A stretch of 64,000 nt of DNA, taken from the human T2T-CHM13v2.0 reference genome, Homo sapiens. Numbering within the stretch: the stretch's first letter is position 1; every line of letters begins with the position of its first letter. The DNA is taken from assembly GCF_009914755.1 (NCBI RefSeq), contig NC_060925.1, one strand, 5' to 3'. The notes under the pieces are model-generated. The model worked only from the letters and a program-made list of their open reading frames with translations. It did no database searches and was not told the origin of the DNA. A program made the translations under genes and the position numbers. Below, piece by piece: positions 13,310 through 26,365 of the stretch.

Positions 13310-13489
13310 CTTAATGAGAATATACAGACATAATCAACTCCTATGTTAGACAACCATATTTTTATTAATATATTACATCTAAAACAGAAGGAAACATCAG
13401 CATTAATTTTAAAAAACCTAAATATTATTTTTTAAGCTTTAAGAACCAATAGATTCTTAGCATGACTTTATATATCAACAAGAGTTTAT

Positions 13490-14000
13490 CAAAACTACTA
13501 TCACCAAGAATGCAATGAAACAGTATCATGTATCTCTTCCTGTGCTGCCATGAAAAGGGCATGACTTTGCTCTGATAATATTCCTGCTAAAACAACCCCT
13601 GCATAACTAGAATCTAATCTTGAGGAAAAATCAGATAAGCCAAAGTGAAGGATAACAGGCAAAATAATTGTCCTACAGTCTTCAAAAATGCCAGTATTAT
13701 GAAAGATTGAGGAACTGTCATAAAGTATATCAAAGAGACATTATAACTAAATGCAATAAATGATCTTGCACTAGGAAAAAAACTGTCACTAAAGATGTCA
13801 TTGGACTATAGATGAAATTTGAATAATACATTTGTAGATTACAGTATTCTATCATGTTAACTTTCCTGATTTTGATAATTATATTACTGGTTATGCAGGT
13901 AAATGTCCTTGTTCTTATAAAATTCACACTGAGGTACTTAGGAAAATAGAAGCTTGTGTCTCTGAGTTACTCTCAAATCATTCAAACAAAAGTGCATGTG
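13490..14000 (+). mobile_element. Old L1M (L1MC/ME-like) 3' fragment, interrupted by an Alu and continuing to about 14440
   Basis: Typical L1M 3'UTR phrases (actaaatgcaat...; gttatgcaggtaaatgtccttgttctt). Confidence 0.6.
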
Positions 14001-14002
14001 TA

Positions 14003-14301
<299 letters not shown>

Positions 14302-14439
14302 GTGCATGTGTAAAGAAGGAAACATATCCAAAGAAGGAATAAAAAAGCAAATACTGGTAAAATGTTAATGGGTGAATGTAGGTGATGAATTTATAGAAAT
14401 TATTTATACTATTCTTACAACTTCACTATAAAAATTTAA

Positions 14440-14757
<318 letters not shown>

Positions 14758-14888
14758 GTAAATTATTTCAATTTTTTAAATCAATGAAGTTCATAACATT
14801 TCATAAAATTAGAATACAATAAATTCAACATTTTAGATATTTAGGAAGAATAAGACATATTAAAAAAATTTTTCAGAAAGGTATTTAC

Positions 14889-15193
14889 CCGTGACACTTT
14901 CCTAAGTTTTGCTCCGGCAATTGCAGCTGCAAGTCCAGTTAAAGGGCGATTGTCTTCTGACATGGATGCCAAAAAGAATCCAGATGCAGGGAGGGGTGGG
15001 GCAGGAGGTGGTGGAGGAGGAGGGGGTACTTGATTAGGGAGAGGAGGGGGAGGAGGGGGCGGTGGAGGCCCGGTGGATGGGAGTGGAGGAGGTGGAGGGG
15101 GCCCTGGGGGAGGAGGGAGGGCTACTGAAGCCTGTGCAGGCCCTGGTGGGAGTGGTGGAGGAGGTGGAGGTGCAAGTGGTCCCAAGACAATGC
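14889..15193 (-). CDS. ENAH: ENAH exon 7 (305 nt): polyproline profilin/SH3-binding region plus EVH2 G-actin-binding motif (GLAAAIAGAKLRKVSR)
   Basis: Acceptor tctctcag, donor CGG|gtaaat; phase 1 to 0; overlaps ORF 14841..15185. Confidence 0.98.
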
Positions 15194-16886
15194 CTGAGAG
15201 AGAGAAATGTTAAGTAAGACCATCAACAATAGAGCTGAGTGATATTATTTTATGTGGGAAGGTACGCAGAATGCCATGCTAAATTAAACTGACTCATGTA
15301 TTTACTTAATGAGTCCAATTTATCATAGTTGTAAAAGTCTAGATCAGTTTTTGAAAGATACTGAAATGTAAGGTCCAAGTATATATAACTACTTACTTTA
15401 GGTTAGAGCTTTAGTAATAGAACTATGCAACAGATCATCTAATTAAGACTTTTTTTTTTCATGGGGATTTGGTAAATAAGCAAAATAAATACTTATAAAA
15501 TTTGGAAGAGAGGTAAGCGTCCCTGAAAAAACAAACTAGTATATAGGATGGCAGTTAGTACTACTTGAAATATCAGACCCAAAATAATCCACATTAACCT
15601 TAAGTGTTGAGACAGTAAATTCAGTAACAGTGAACACATACATTTAATTGTTTACAGTCAAAGTGGCTGTATTAAAAACATGAAGGAGGAGTAAGTCCCA
15701 GCTTCAGCATTTTAAAAAATACTTCACATTTAAATTCAATGGATAGCCAAGGCTGAGAATCACTGAAGTAAAGGAATTTACTAGTACAAAGTAAAACCTC
15801 AAAATAACGCTCGGAAATAATTAAATACCATAGGATTTGAAGTAGAGTTGTTTTTATCCCACAAAATGGGGGGCAAGAAGAGAAATGTTCAAATGTTATA
15901 AAATCACAAAGGGAGTGAACAAGAATTTATTTAATAACAGAATCCTGAAACAGTAGGTGCTCTTTTAGTTAAGGTTTAAGAGGGGTGTTTTCAGAACGAA
16001 TAAAATGCTATTTTGCACACTGGGTGGTAATTGCTAACTTTTTCAGCTTGAGCAGTTACACAAGCAGAAAACATCGATTGTTAAAAGAAGCATCTAGAAA
16101 TAGTCTGTCCCTTCTGTAGGGGTTGTTAAGAGTTCTGAGGGTACAGCAGGTCACTTTGTCAGGCTGACTGTGCCCATTTTGTACAGTATAACTGTCATGG
16201 TGAAACCAAACTGAACGTCTTAGAATTCTGACTAACCTTTTAAGCAAATTTGTAAGTCAACAACAACAAAATATATACATATACAGCAATAACAAGCCTT
16301 GCAATGTTTAAGTACAAATTTGTTTTCAGTTTTCTTTCTGTAGTCCTCCTTAAATCATATTTTAAAAACTAGGGTTGCCAAGCATCTTCTTATTTACTTA
16401 CAGAACCAGGTCCTTTTCTACTTACAAATAATCCACTTAGAGATTACATCCTGCCTTCCCTGTTACCATAACAATAAGGTAGGGACGGGGAGAATAACTA
16501 CAGAGGATGCTATTCTCTCTTGATTACCCCTTCAAGCCACTACTTATTGTAATTTTGGACCTTGGAACCCTTTAGGGCATATATGAACCCTGCCATCCTC
16601 TCTACTCCTCCTGCAAAGTCATAATGCTCCAAGGGTTAGGGTGACACCTATCCTGGAAGTCCAACATGGGGCATCTAATATAGGAAAGGCAAGAAGGAAA
16701 CAGGGCCCAAGATCAGAACTGTTCCAAAGGAAACTCTGGGATGACGTATCTAATGACTACAGTTGGGCACTAAATATATCTCTCTAAGTCTCCCAGAAAA
16801 ATGAAGGAAAACAATTTAGATCATGTATTTATTGTGTGGTAGATCAACGTGTCAAGCAAAGTTTTCCCAGTGAAAGAAATGTATTA

Positions 16887-17226
<340 letters not shown>

Positions 17227-17488
17227 CTAGAAAACATCTTTAACTGCGATACTATAAAAGATATCAAAACCTAGTTCAATAAGGAAATTCCTCCAAATGC
17301 AATTAATCCAACAGGAAAAACATTTTTCTACTTTAATTTTTTTAATTAAAAAAAAAAAAAGCATGGCATTATGGCATATAAATGTTCAAGGATCAAAACC
17401 ATCCTACCCATCCATTCAGGCAATTAAAGTCACTGCTATATAACATTTTCAAGTGATTAGCTGTTAGTAGCAATAATGAAAGCCTTAC

Positions 17489-17599
17489 CCTGTTGGGATG
17501 GAGTCTCGGCCGGCTGAGAGGCTGCCTGCAAGCCTGGCTCAGAAGCAGAAGAGTCTCCCAGCACAGAGTTTAGAGGAGTCTCAACAGAGGCAGGGGCAG
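17489..17599 (-). CDS. ENAH: ENAH exon 6, short form (111 nt, 37 aa: AAPASVETPLNS...ETPSQQ); skipped in the delta-v6 isoform
   Basis: Internal acceptor ctctgcag at 17600-17602, donor AGG|gtaagg; symmetric phase 1-1. Confidence 0.96.
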
Positions 17600-18283
17600 C
17601 TGCAGAGGGAGAAGGGAGAACACTAGGCTTGGATGAGGGAGTTGAGGCAATAGGGGTGCTTGGAGGAGGAGAAGCTTGAGATCCACAGTGTGAGAGTGAT
17701 GCGAGGGAAGGCAGTGGAGGCGGCGGCGGAGGAGCTGCTGGCCCTGAGGTAGGCGGTGGAGACACTGGATATGTTACAGAGTCAACCAGCCCATTGGGTG
17801 CTGTCGGTGATGGAGGCATTTGGGGCACAGGAGAAGAAACACAAACAGGGAGGACAGGCCTTGGACCAGTAGCTTTGCCTGGGGGGCTGCTAATCATTAT
17901 TGGAGGAGATGGAGGGAGGGGCGAAAAATTGGAAGTAGACCAGGCACAGGGCTTCGTAGCTGGAGGCTGAGAAGAGGGTGTGTTCACAGGAGAAGAAGGT
18001 CGAGAGTTTTTGTTCAGAGGACGAGGAACTGTAGCGTAATGGGGAAGAACAGGGTGGAAGGCTGAACCTAAAGATGTTGCAAAACGTGTCGCTGAGTGTC
18101 GCAGTGGTGGTGTAGGGGGTGTGGAAGTAGGTGGCAAAGCAGTCACTACAGCATAATCAGGAGTGGCATCTGACACTGGAGCTGAGATGACTTTAGCGTA
18201 TGATGGAGGAGGTGCTGAAGGAGGCTGGCAACTGGAATACTCAGGAAGTGGAGCGTTATACAGGGAGCTGTCTGAAGATGGAG
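17489..18283 (-). CDS. ENAH: ENAH exon 6, long form (795 nt): the upstream acceptor adds 228 Pro/Ser-rich residues (APSSDSSLYNAPLPEYSSCQPPSAPPPSY...), the Mena+ exon
   Basis: Long pyrimidine tract and tccag acceptor at 18284-18286; the 684-nt extension is open and in frame (ORF 17457..18377); resembles the mouse Mena + insert as I recall it. Confidence 0.93.
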
Positions 18284-19490
18284 CTGGACAGAAGGTGGAA
18301 AGCAGCAGCAAAAGACAGGATAAAAAAGGAGAGAGAAAAAGGGAGCTAGTGAAGCCACAAAACCAGCATTCAGACACAATGTATAAATGTAGACTACAGT
18401 TAGTATCAGAGAATTAGGCACAAACGCAAATAACTATTTTCACCCAAGAATATTTTAACTTGTAAATACATTTTGAGATTCAGAAGGGGATGAAATAAGT
18501 TTCCTTTTATCTAATAAGTGGATTAATAAATTTAATTGACTAATTTCTTTTACAAGAAAAAGCTAGTATTAGTCTTAATTTTTATTTAGTCTACAAGAAA
18601 AAGGACATTAAAATCACATGAATAGGACCATAAACAGAAGAATAAATTTAGTTGTTTTTTTAAAAACAACAAATAGCAAAACTAGTAAAGCTGGCAAAAC
18701 ATTTAATATGAAGGGTTCAATGCTCCTATTCAATGCTAACTTGTGGAAAAGTTTTGTTTTGTTGGCCATAACTCCAGAAAATAATTAGGTAGCTAAAAAT
18801 ACATAAATTAACTTAATAAACCAACCAACCAACCACTGTTTAATCAAACCACATTAAGACTTTTTAATTAGGCCATAAGGAATATTCTTAAATCCTATAA
18901 TGAATGTTAATTTTAATAAACGTTAAAATATCTCAAACTTTCAGCCATATATTAACCCTTATGTCTTTCAGTAAATTCCAGATTCCATAATTTTCACTAA
19001 TTTTTCATAATACTAGAAAGCATATTTAAATAACTAGTCTTAGAGAATATTTCTCTAAAATAATTCTTCCTCCAAAATCTTTAGAATGCAATCAAGCAAA
19101 TTTCTTGCTGAATGGTACTACAGTACTATAGTATTTGAGACAATTTAAGTGATCTCATGAGGGAAATATATTTGAAGTTCATCCAGTATAAAAAATTTCC
19201 CATAAAAACACACTTACACTTTATAGCCATTTTATAGGGTGTTAGAAGAATTAGAATGGCAGAATAAAAATTTCCAAGAGCTTTCTTTAAGTCTCCAAGC
19301 AATAAAAGCAATACAGAGAGAAATAAAAAGAAAATGTTAAAGTAGTAATTGCTGCATATTTATTCATAATTTCAAATTGTATGGCTTAATCCCAAACATC
19401 TCAAATGTGAAATATTTTAACACATGACTGCACAAGAGACATCATCCAAGCTCAGATACAAGAACACAGAAGAGTTTGTAAACTTCTTAC

Positions 19491-19858
19491 CAGCACTTGA
19501 TATTCTGCGCTCTCTCTCCCATTCCAGCTGTTCCCTTTCTAACTGCTCTTGTCGCTCCCTTTCTTGCCTCTCCCGTTCCAGTCTCTCCAGCCTCTCTCGT
19601 TCTTGTCTTTCTTGCCTCTCCCGATCCAGGCGTTCCTGCCGCTCCAGGCGTTCCTGCCGCTCCAGGCGTTCCTGCCGCTCCAGGCGTTCCTGCCGTTCCC
19701 GTTCTTGTCTCTCTCTCTCCAGCTGTTCTTGTTCCAGTCGCTCCCTCTCCAGCCTTTCCCTTTCTAACCTCTCTCTCTCCAACCTTTCTCTTTCCATTCT
19801 TTCTCGCTCCAGCCTTTCCCGCTCCAGCTCCTTTTGCCGTTGCTGTTCTTGTAGTTGT
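19491..19858 (-). CDS. ENAH: ENAH exon 5 (368 nt): LERER charged repeat (QLQEQQRQKELERERLERER...EWERERRISSA)
   Basis: Acceptor T16ccag, donor CTG|gtaaga; phase 2 to 1. Confidence 0.98.
19625..19695. repeat. 18-bp coding tandem repeat (tccaggcgttcctgccgc x4) encoding RQERLE units
   Basis: Four near-perfect copies read directly, starting at 19625, 19643, 19661 and 19679. Confidence 0.95.
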
Positions 19859-20304
19859 CTGGAAAAAAAAAAAAAAAAGTAAAAACATGCATCTATGGCT
19901 ACTCATCATGAAAAAGCGATTCTTTTCACCTATGTAAACTATTTCTGAGTCAAATAAAAGCAATGTAGAGCATGCAAACATCTCTCCTCCCACATGAAGG
20001 CTACCTTGGATAGAGACTGTTTCATACAAATGAAAATCATTTCTCCTATTAGCATCATATTGGCTGAATGCTTCAGCACATTGCACTAACATTTCATTTT
20101 ATTCTGTACTTTTCATGAGTAGTGTTGCAAGTAAATGAATTTTCCAAATAACATACCACTTTAATAACCAAGTCATTATTTTAATTATTTAGTGAAAACA
20201 TTTGTAATTGTAATATCCTTAATATCAAATTTAATTGTACAAATAATATTTCAGAAAATACAATGACTGGCCACAGCAATAGCTCAATAAATATTTACTG
20301 AATG

Positions 20305-20659
<355 letters not shown>

Positions 20660-20868
20660 TCATATCCAGAGGCAACTATCATCAACATATGTATATAAAG
20701 ACACACATCTATATATACACATACGCGCACACACGCACCCCTATATACCTCTAGACTTCCCCTTGTGTAAAAATACACATATAAACTTTAAAAACAAAAT
20801 AAAATGTAACCATTTCCCGCTACTGTGAAATCTGCTTTCCTTTCTCTCACTTAATATATTGTGAAAGT

Positions 20869-21160
20869 TGGTCTGGGAGCAGTGGCTCAGCTGTAATCCT
20901 AGCACTTTGGGAGGCTGAGTGGGAGGATTGTCTGAACCCAAGAGTTCAAGATGGGCCTGCACAACAAAGCAAGACCCATCTCTACAAAAAATTTTAAAAT
21001 CAGCCAGGCATGGTGCCATGCACCTGTATTCCCAGCTACTTGGGAGGCTGAGGGAGAAGGATTGCTTGGGCCTAGGAGTCTGAGGCTACAGTAAGATAAG
21101 ATTGCATCATCACACATCAGCCCAGGCAACAGAATGACACCTTGTCTCCAAAAACAATGA
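20869..21160 (+). mobile_element. Alu (J-type)
   Basis: Diverged consensus; tail expanded into a purine microsatellite. Confidence 0.9.
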
Positions 21161-21258
21161 AAGAAAAGAAAGGAGGAAGCGGGGAAGGAAGAAAAAGAAG
21201 GGAAGGAAGGGAGGAAGGGAGGGAGGGAGGGAGGGAGGGAGGGAGGGAGGGAGGGAGA
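21160..21258. repeat. Polypurine (GAAG)n/(GGGA)n microsatellite
   Basis: Read directly. Confidence 0.95.
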
Positions 21259-21322
21259 CATAAGTTAGTAAAACTGAGGATATCTGGGATGAGAACCTGC
21301 CTGTGTGTACAACTCTGGATGG

Positions 21323-21351
21323 ACACACGCACGCGCGCGCACACACACACA
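21323..21351. repeat. (CA)/(CG) alternating purine-pyrimidine tract
   Basis: acacacgcacgcgcgcacacacacaca read directly. Confidence 0.9.
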
Positions 21352-21657
21352 GAGTTATCCTAAGGCACTTAGTTCAGCATCTTTATTTTCCATGAGTGCA
21401 TAATAATATTCGATTATTTTGCTGTCCACAGTCTAAGCAGTCTCCTACAGTAGGATATTAAGTTATCCTAACACTATTGGCAATACTGCAATAACATTTG
21501 TCTTCATCTTTGAATCTTTTTCTGTTTCTATAGGATCAATAAGGACATAAATTTTGCTAGGTGAAAAGGTATGAATTTAAGATTTTTGATACATGGTTCC
21601 AAATTGTCTTTAGGAAAAGTTGTGTCAATTAACCTTCCCTAAAAAAAAAGTTATCTT

Positions 21658-21940
21658 TGCCAGGCACGGTGGCTCATGCCTGTAATCCCAGCACTTTGGG
21701 AGGCCGAGGTCAGGAGTTTGAGACTAGCTTGGCCAACATGGTGGAACCCTGTCTCTACTAAAATTACAAAAATTAGCTGGGCGTGGTGGTGTGCGCCTGT
21801 AATCCCAGCTACTTGGGAGGCTGAGGCAGGAGGATCACTTGAACCCGGGGAATGGAGGTGGCTGTGAGCTGAGACTATGCCCCTGTACCCCAGCCTGGGT
21901 GACAGAGTAAGACCCTGTCTCCAAAAAAAAAAAAAAAAAA
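21658..21940 (+). mobile_element. Alu (S-type) with a short internal deletion in the left arm
   Basis: gaggccgagg joins directly to tcaggag. Confidence 0.92.
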
Positions 21941-22035
21941 GTATCTTTATCTTACACATACGTATTTCATAGCACTGTGGGGAAGATTAAATGAAGTAAT
22001 ACCTAAAAGCTCTTTAAGAAGTACTTGAAACATAA

Positions 22036-22375
<340 letters not shown>

Positions 22376-24879
22376 CAACAATAGTTATTATTTGGAAATT
22401 TCAAATTGGGACTTTCTGGACTGGCTAATAAACTGGGTGGGTCTAGTTAGAGACAAAGCTAAATGACAGCACATGCATGCTATCCCTTTGTTCCTTCCAG
22501 CGGTACCAACACACCAGTAAGATCTTTCCAAAAATCTCTCTCCTTCATGTTTCCTAAGCTGGCTATACAACAAAAGAAAAGGCCCATTTGACAAATACAT
22601 CAACCCCACTGCTCTCATAAAACACACACCCTCTCCTGGACATACCATCACACTTAACAATGACTGCAAGAGAAAAACACAAGAAACTGACTTTATTTAT
22701 GAGTAGTTATTTATTTATGAGTAGTTGTTTGAGATACTGACTACTAATAAAATCAGATTTTCAGGATCTAGTACGGACTTCATTATGCTATTTGATAAAT
22801 CACTAGCTGCCAAAGTTTTTGAGGGATAACAATAACTTTATCTGCAGGGATGAGGGGAAGAAATTAGATGTATTCAAAAGAATGTTTTTAATAATAAACA
22901 GAGGAAAGTCAGGGTTGGTTGTTGTTGTTTCTCCAGTAACCTGCAGTTAATAAACTCAGCTGGAGCCTGTATTAAATTTCAGATAATTCAACCTACATCA
23001 AAAAATATGGGCCATTTTACATATAATGCTCTAAGCAATCTGTTGGGCCCAAAGGGCAAAAGATACACCCATATTATTCTAATTAGAACAAATTTAAATA
23101 CAGAAGCTAAAGAGAAACATTTAAGAGCACAGTAGCTGTCCCAAGAAATCTATGATGAAAAGATCTAAGTTTTTAGATCTTTGAGCATTTGTTACTTCTT
23201 CTATTTTACCAAAACAACATAAATATATAGTTTTTAAAGTTTATAACAAAAATCAGTAGTTCACTGCCTCAACCCTCCCACCCGTTTCCTACTCTTGCAG
23301 CTGTTTCTTACATTTTAGCTTTTGCTATCTACTTTCTAACAGGAAGATGCCTTCTACAACTCCCTCACTACACTCATGCTTCTCCCAATATGGAAAATCA
23401 ATATTCACAGCTTACATTATTAACATGATAATGTAAATACTGCTCACAGCTGAACCAAATAGTATTCTATGACTACATTTCATTTCTCATTCAAGTTCTT
23501 AGTAGTTGGGTTTTTTTTTAACCACCAAGTTAATGGCTGTTTCTCTAAGCAATACAATGCTTTTAACACACAAAAAGTAAGCTTAAGTCACAAGCAGAAG
23601 GCCAGGCATGGGTGAGGTGAATCTGAAAGAATTATTGGTAACAGCATTTACAGCTAGGTTGTATTGACTTAAGAAGTTTGTTCCACATGTCATCATATTC
23701 CAGGGTTTTCAGGCTATAAAAGATAAGGAGTGTCTACTGATATAGGAAAAGGACACAATGCTGGAGAATATTTCTAAGTTCACAGACAGATGATTCAAGC
23801 AGGCAATTCATATAGCTGCAGGAGATTCTTACTATTTTCTTGTTCTGAAGGTAAGAAAAGAAAGTGTTGAACACTTTAAGCTAATTTTTAGCTTGCTTGC
23901 TGAAAAGATGCCCATCTAAACGGATTTCCCAAAATAGTGATTCAAGCAGAAAATCTCTGGCTTCCGAATCTTGTGTGGCATGAATAATTCCCACCTAAAT
24001 TGGATGGTTTATAAATTTGACTCTCATGTTTTGACCTCTAAAGCAAGACATTTGTGTAGCTTTCTAGGAGGAGTTTCCAAATTTATAAACTTTGCTTTTC
24101 CTCAGAATTATCGCTGCCAATTCACATACTGGAAATGCACATGGCTCCTCTTCCTAGAGTTCTCTCTCCAACTGTTTTCTTCAGTCATTAATAGAATCGT
24201 CTGAGGACTTTTTTCAAAGAAAGAGTGCCTTAATTCTGAACCATGAAAAATCCTGACGGACTACTTTAATTTTTCTTTTAAGCTAGGCATATATATTCTA
24301 CAATAATTTGAAAGTTTCTGAGAATATAAATTTTTTTCAGAAACAATTATAGTGCAAATCACCAATATTATTTTTTAAGCATTTAAAAAATATCAGACAC
24401 AGTTCCTCCACCACCCAAATACCTATTTCTCTCCAAAACAGCTATCCCCAAATGTAAATAGATGCACAAAGCATCAGCCCACATTGAGATTAATAGCTTT
24501 TTAAATATATATTCATTATTTAGTTTATGTTGACTCAAAGACATTTCTTGAAGCAAGTAAAATGTTAAGTAACATCAGTTCAAAATACATTTCACCCAGC
24601 TTTACCTATAATGAATAGTGTTACTAGGTAAATAAGAATGATTTCAATTTTAACAAAATGAAGTAGGAACAGTCTAGGAAAAATGTTCTGAGTTGGTAAT
24701 ATTTAGTAACACTGTTATTATTGACATTTCTCAGAAAATAAAACTACACAGATACAGTTTGATTGTATAACATGAGCATTTCACTTCACTATCAGTAAAC
24801 AAATAAAAAATGGATAAAATGTAATAAGACAGCTAAGTTTTAATATTACAAAGCCGCTGAGGCAAGAGTTGATACTCAC

Positions 24880-24947
24880 AAGAGAAGGCGGTCAACTTTT
24901 GGTCCATCCGGCCTCCGAAGGCCAATAGGAGGGCTATACACTCTCAT
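24880..24947 (-). CDS. ENAH: Putative alternative first coding exon of ENAH (MRVYSPPIGLRRPDGPKVDRLL plus TT), splicing in frame to exon 5
   Basis: ATG at 24947-24945 with A at -3; 68 nt open; donor CTT|gtgagt (24879-24874); phase 2 matches exon 5; CpG-retaining; no pyrimidine tract or acceptor upstream. Confidence 0.65.
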
Positions 24948-24959
24948 TGTTCCAACTGC

Positions 24960-25090
24960 TCAGTTCTGTGCCGCAATTATTATTCCCCTTTTATAACTTT
25001 CAGATAGTACTGGTGATTTGCGAACTATTTATAGATATTAACTATATTAAGGTTCTATGTGGAGACTAACATAGGACTGACTCATGTTTC
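24960..25090 (-). promoter_or_regulatory. Putative internal muscle/cardiac-type promoter
   Basis: TATAAAAG at 24995-24988, WGATAR (agatag) at 25002-25007, perfect MEF2 site CTATTTATAG at 25025-25034, AP-1 TGACTCA at 25078-25084; CA initiator about 28 nt downstream of the TATA. Confidence 0.6.
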
Positions 25091-26214
25091 TTAGAATATG
25101 TTTCCTCATCATGGCCAAGCCAAATATTAATTATATGAGTAGGAACCAAAAACTATTTAATAAATGATATAATAATAAAGGGTATTGGACTAATAAGAAT
25201 GAACACTTAGACATGTGCTCTATTGACTCTACATTTATTAAAAATAAAAAATTAAACATAACAGTAGTAATAAATAACTTAAAAAGCCAAATTATATTAT
25301 AAGACTTAGAACAGTAATCCTCTTACTAACGCTCACCACTTCTGATTTTGCTCCCCAGAAGCAATTATTTTCAATACTCTGGTACTTATCACATGTTTCT
25401 AAATACAGTAATTCATTTAGAACTATTACTTCTAGACTTTTCATATTTAGATGTTATCTACTGACTTCCTACTATACAAATGATTTAATTCCTATATCTC
25501 TAGCTCCCCAAAACTTTTTCTTCTCCATTTTCCCAATAAACTCATACCACCACTTTGGATACACCAATATTCACATATCACATAATTCACTGCTGATCAC
25601 ATTTACTTTCTAGAACAATTTTTTTCTTACTTTGGTGCTAAAAAGTAGTACTTTTAAAAATTTGATTCTTTTTCTATATACCTGTCCCTACTTCACCCCA
25701 AACTCTCCATTAGAACTGTAATCCCTATCAACATGGTCCAACATAGCAGAACCACGGTCAGGTTTTTCTATTCTTTTGTTTTGCTTTCCCTCAGAAACTA
25801 CCCGTCGGGAGCCTTCAGCCCTCCCAGCGCCCCCAACCGGATGGGCTATTCCCTAGGTTTTGCTTTGACCTTAGTCGTGCGGGAATTACCTATCTCTTTC
25901 CTAAGTTGGATTCCTTGTCTCCTGGATGCTGTCATGGGTTCATCATTCTTGCTTTACTCCCTCATCTTAACAGAACACATCTTCCAATAGCTTCTTAGGA
26001 AGTTGTGCAGAAGAGGAGATTTTAGACTGGAAAGAGATTCTCTTAGGATTTTGAAGCTCCCCCACCTTGTCACTCCCACCACCCCTTACCAAGCATTTGA
26101 AATCTTACTTATTCTAGGACAACATTCTAAAATACCATAGTGAGAGGTCTTGGTGGGAGGTCTTTGTTTTTTTCCCCACTTACTGGGCTGGACTTTTGGT
26201 GAGCTTTTTTGACC

Positions 26215-26365
26215 TAAACCAGAAGCTAGCAAACTGTATACAGCCCTAGGGCCAAATCTGGCTACAACCATTTATTTCCGTTTTGTCTATGGCGAGCTAC
26301 AAAGGAAGAGTCTAGCAAATGACACAGATGGCCCTTCCCAGAAAAAGTTTGCGGACCTTTGATCT
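26215..26365. mobile_element. MER58-like hAT DNA transposon remnant
   Basis: gcaaact...gggccaaatctggc ... tggcccttcccagaaaaagtttgc. Confidence 0.55.

Noticed and set aside
16231-16245. AAAG|GTTAGT donor-like or recursive motif in intron 6
   Set aside because: Weak AAG acceptor, short intron and no matching upstream acceptor.
17820-18421. Antisense and off-frame ORFs over exon 6L
   Set aside because: Shadows of the GC-rich Pro/Ser coding sequence.
19424-20092. Several long alternative-frame and antisense ORFs over exon 5 (201, 152, 146 and 72 aa)
   Set aside because: These are by-products of the low-complexity LERER repeat lacking stops; no splice phase or start context supports them.
22692-22727. 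18-bp tandem duplication (tttatttatgagtagtt)
   Set aside because: Ordinary slippage event with no functional context.
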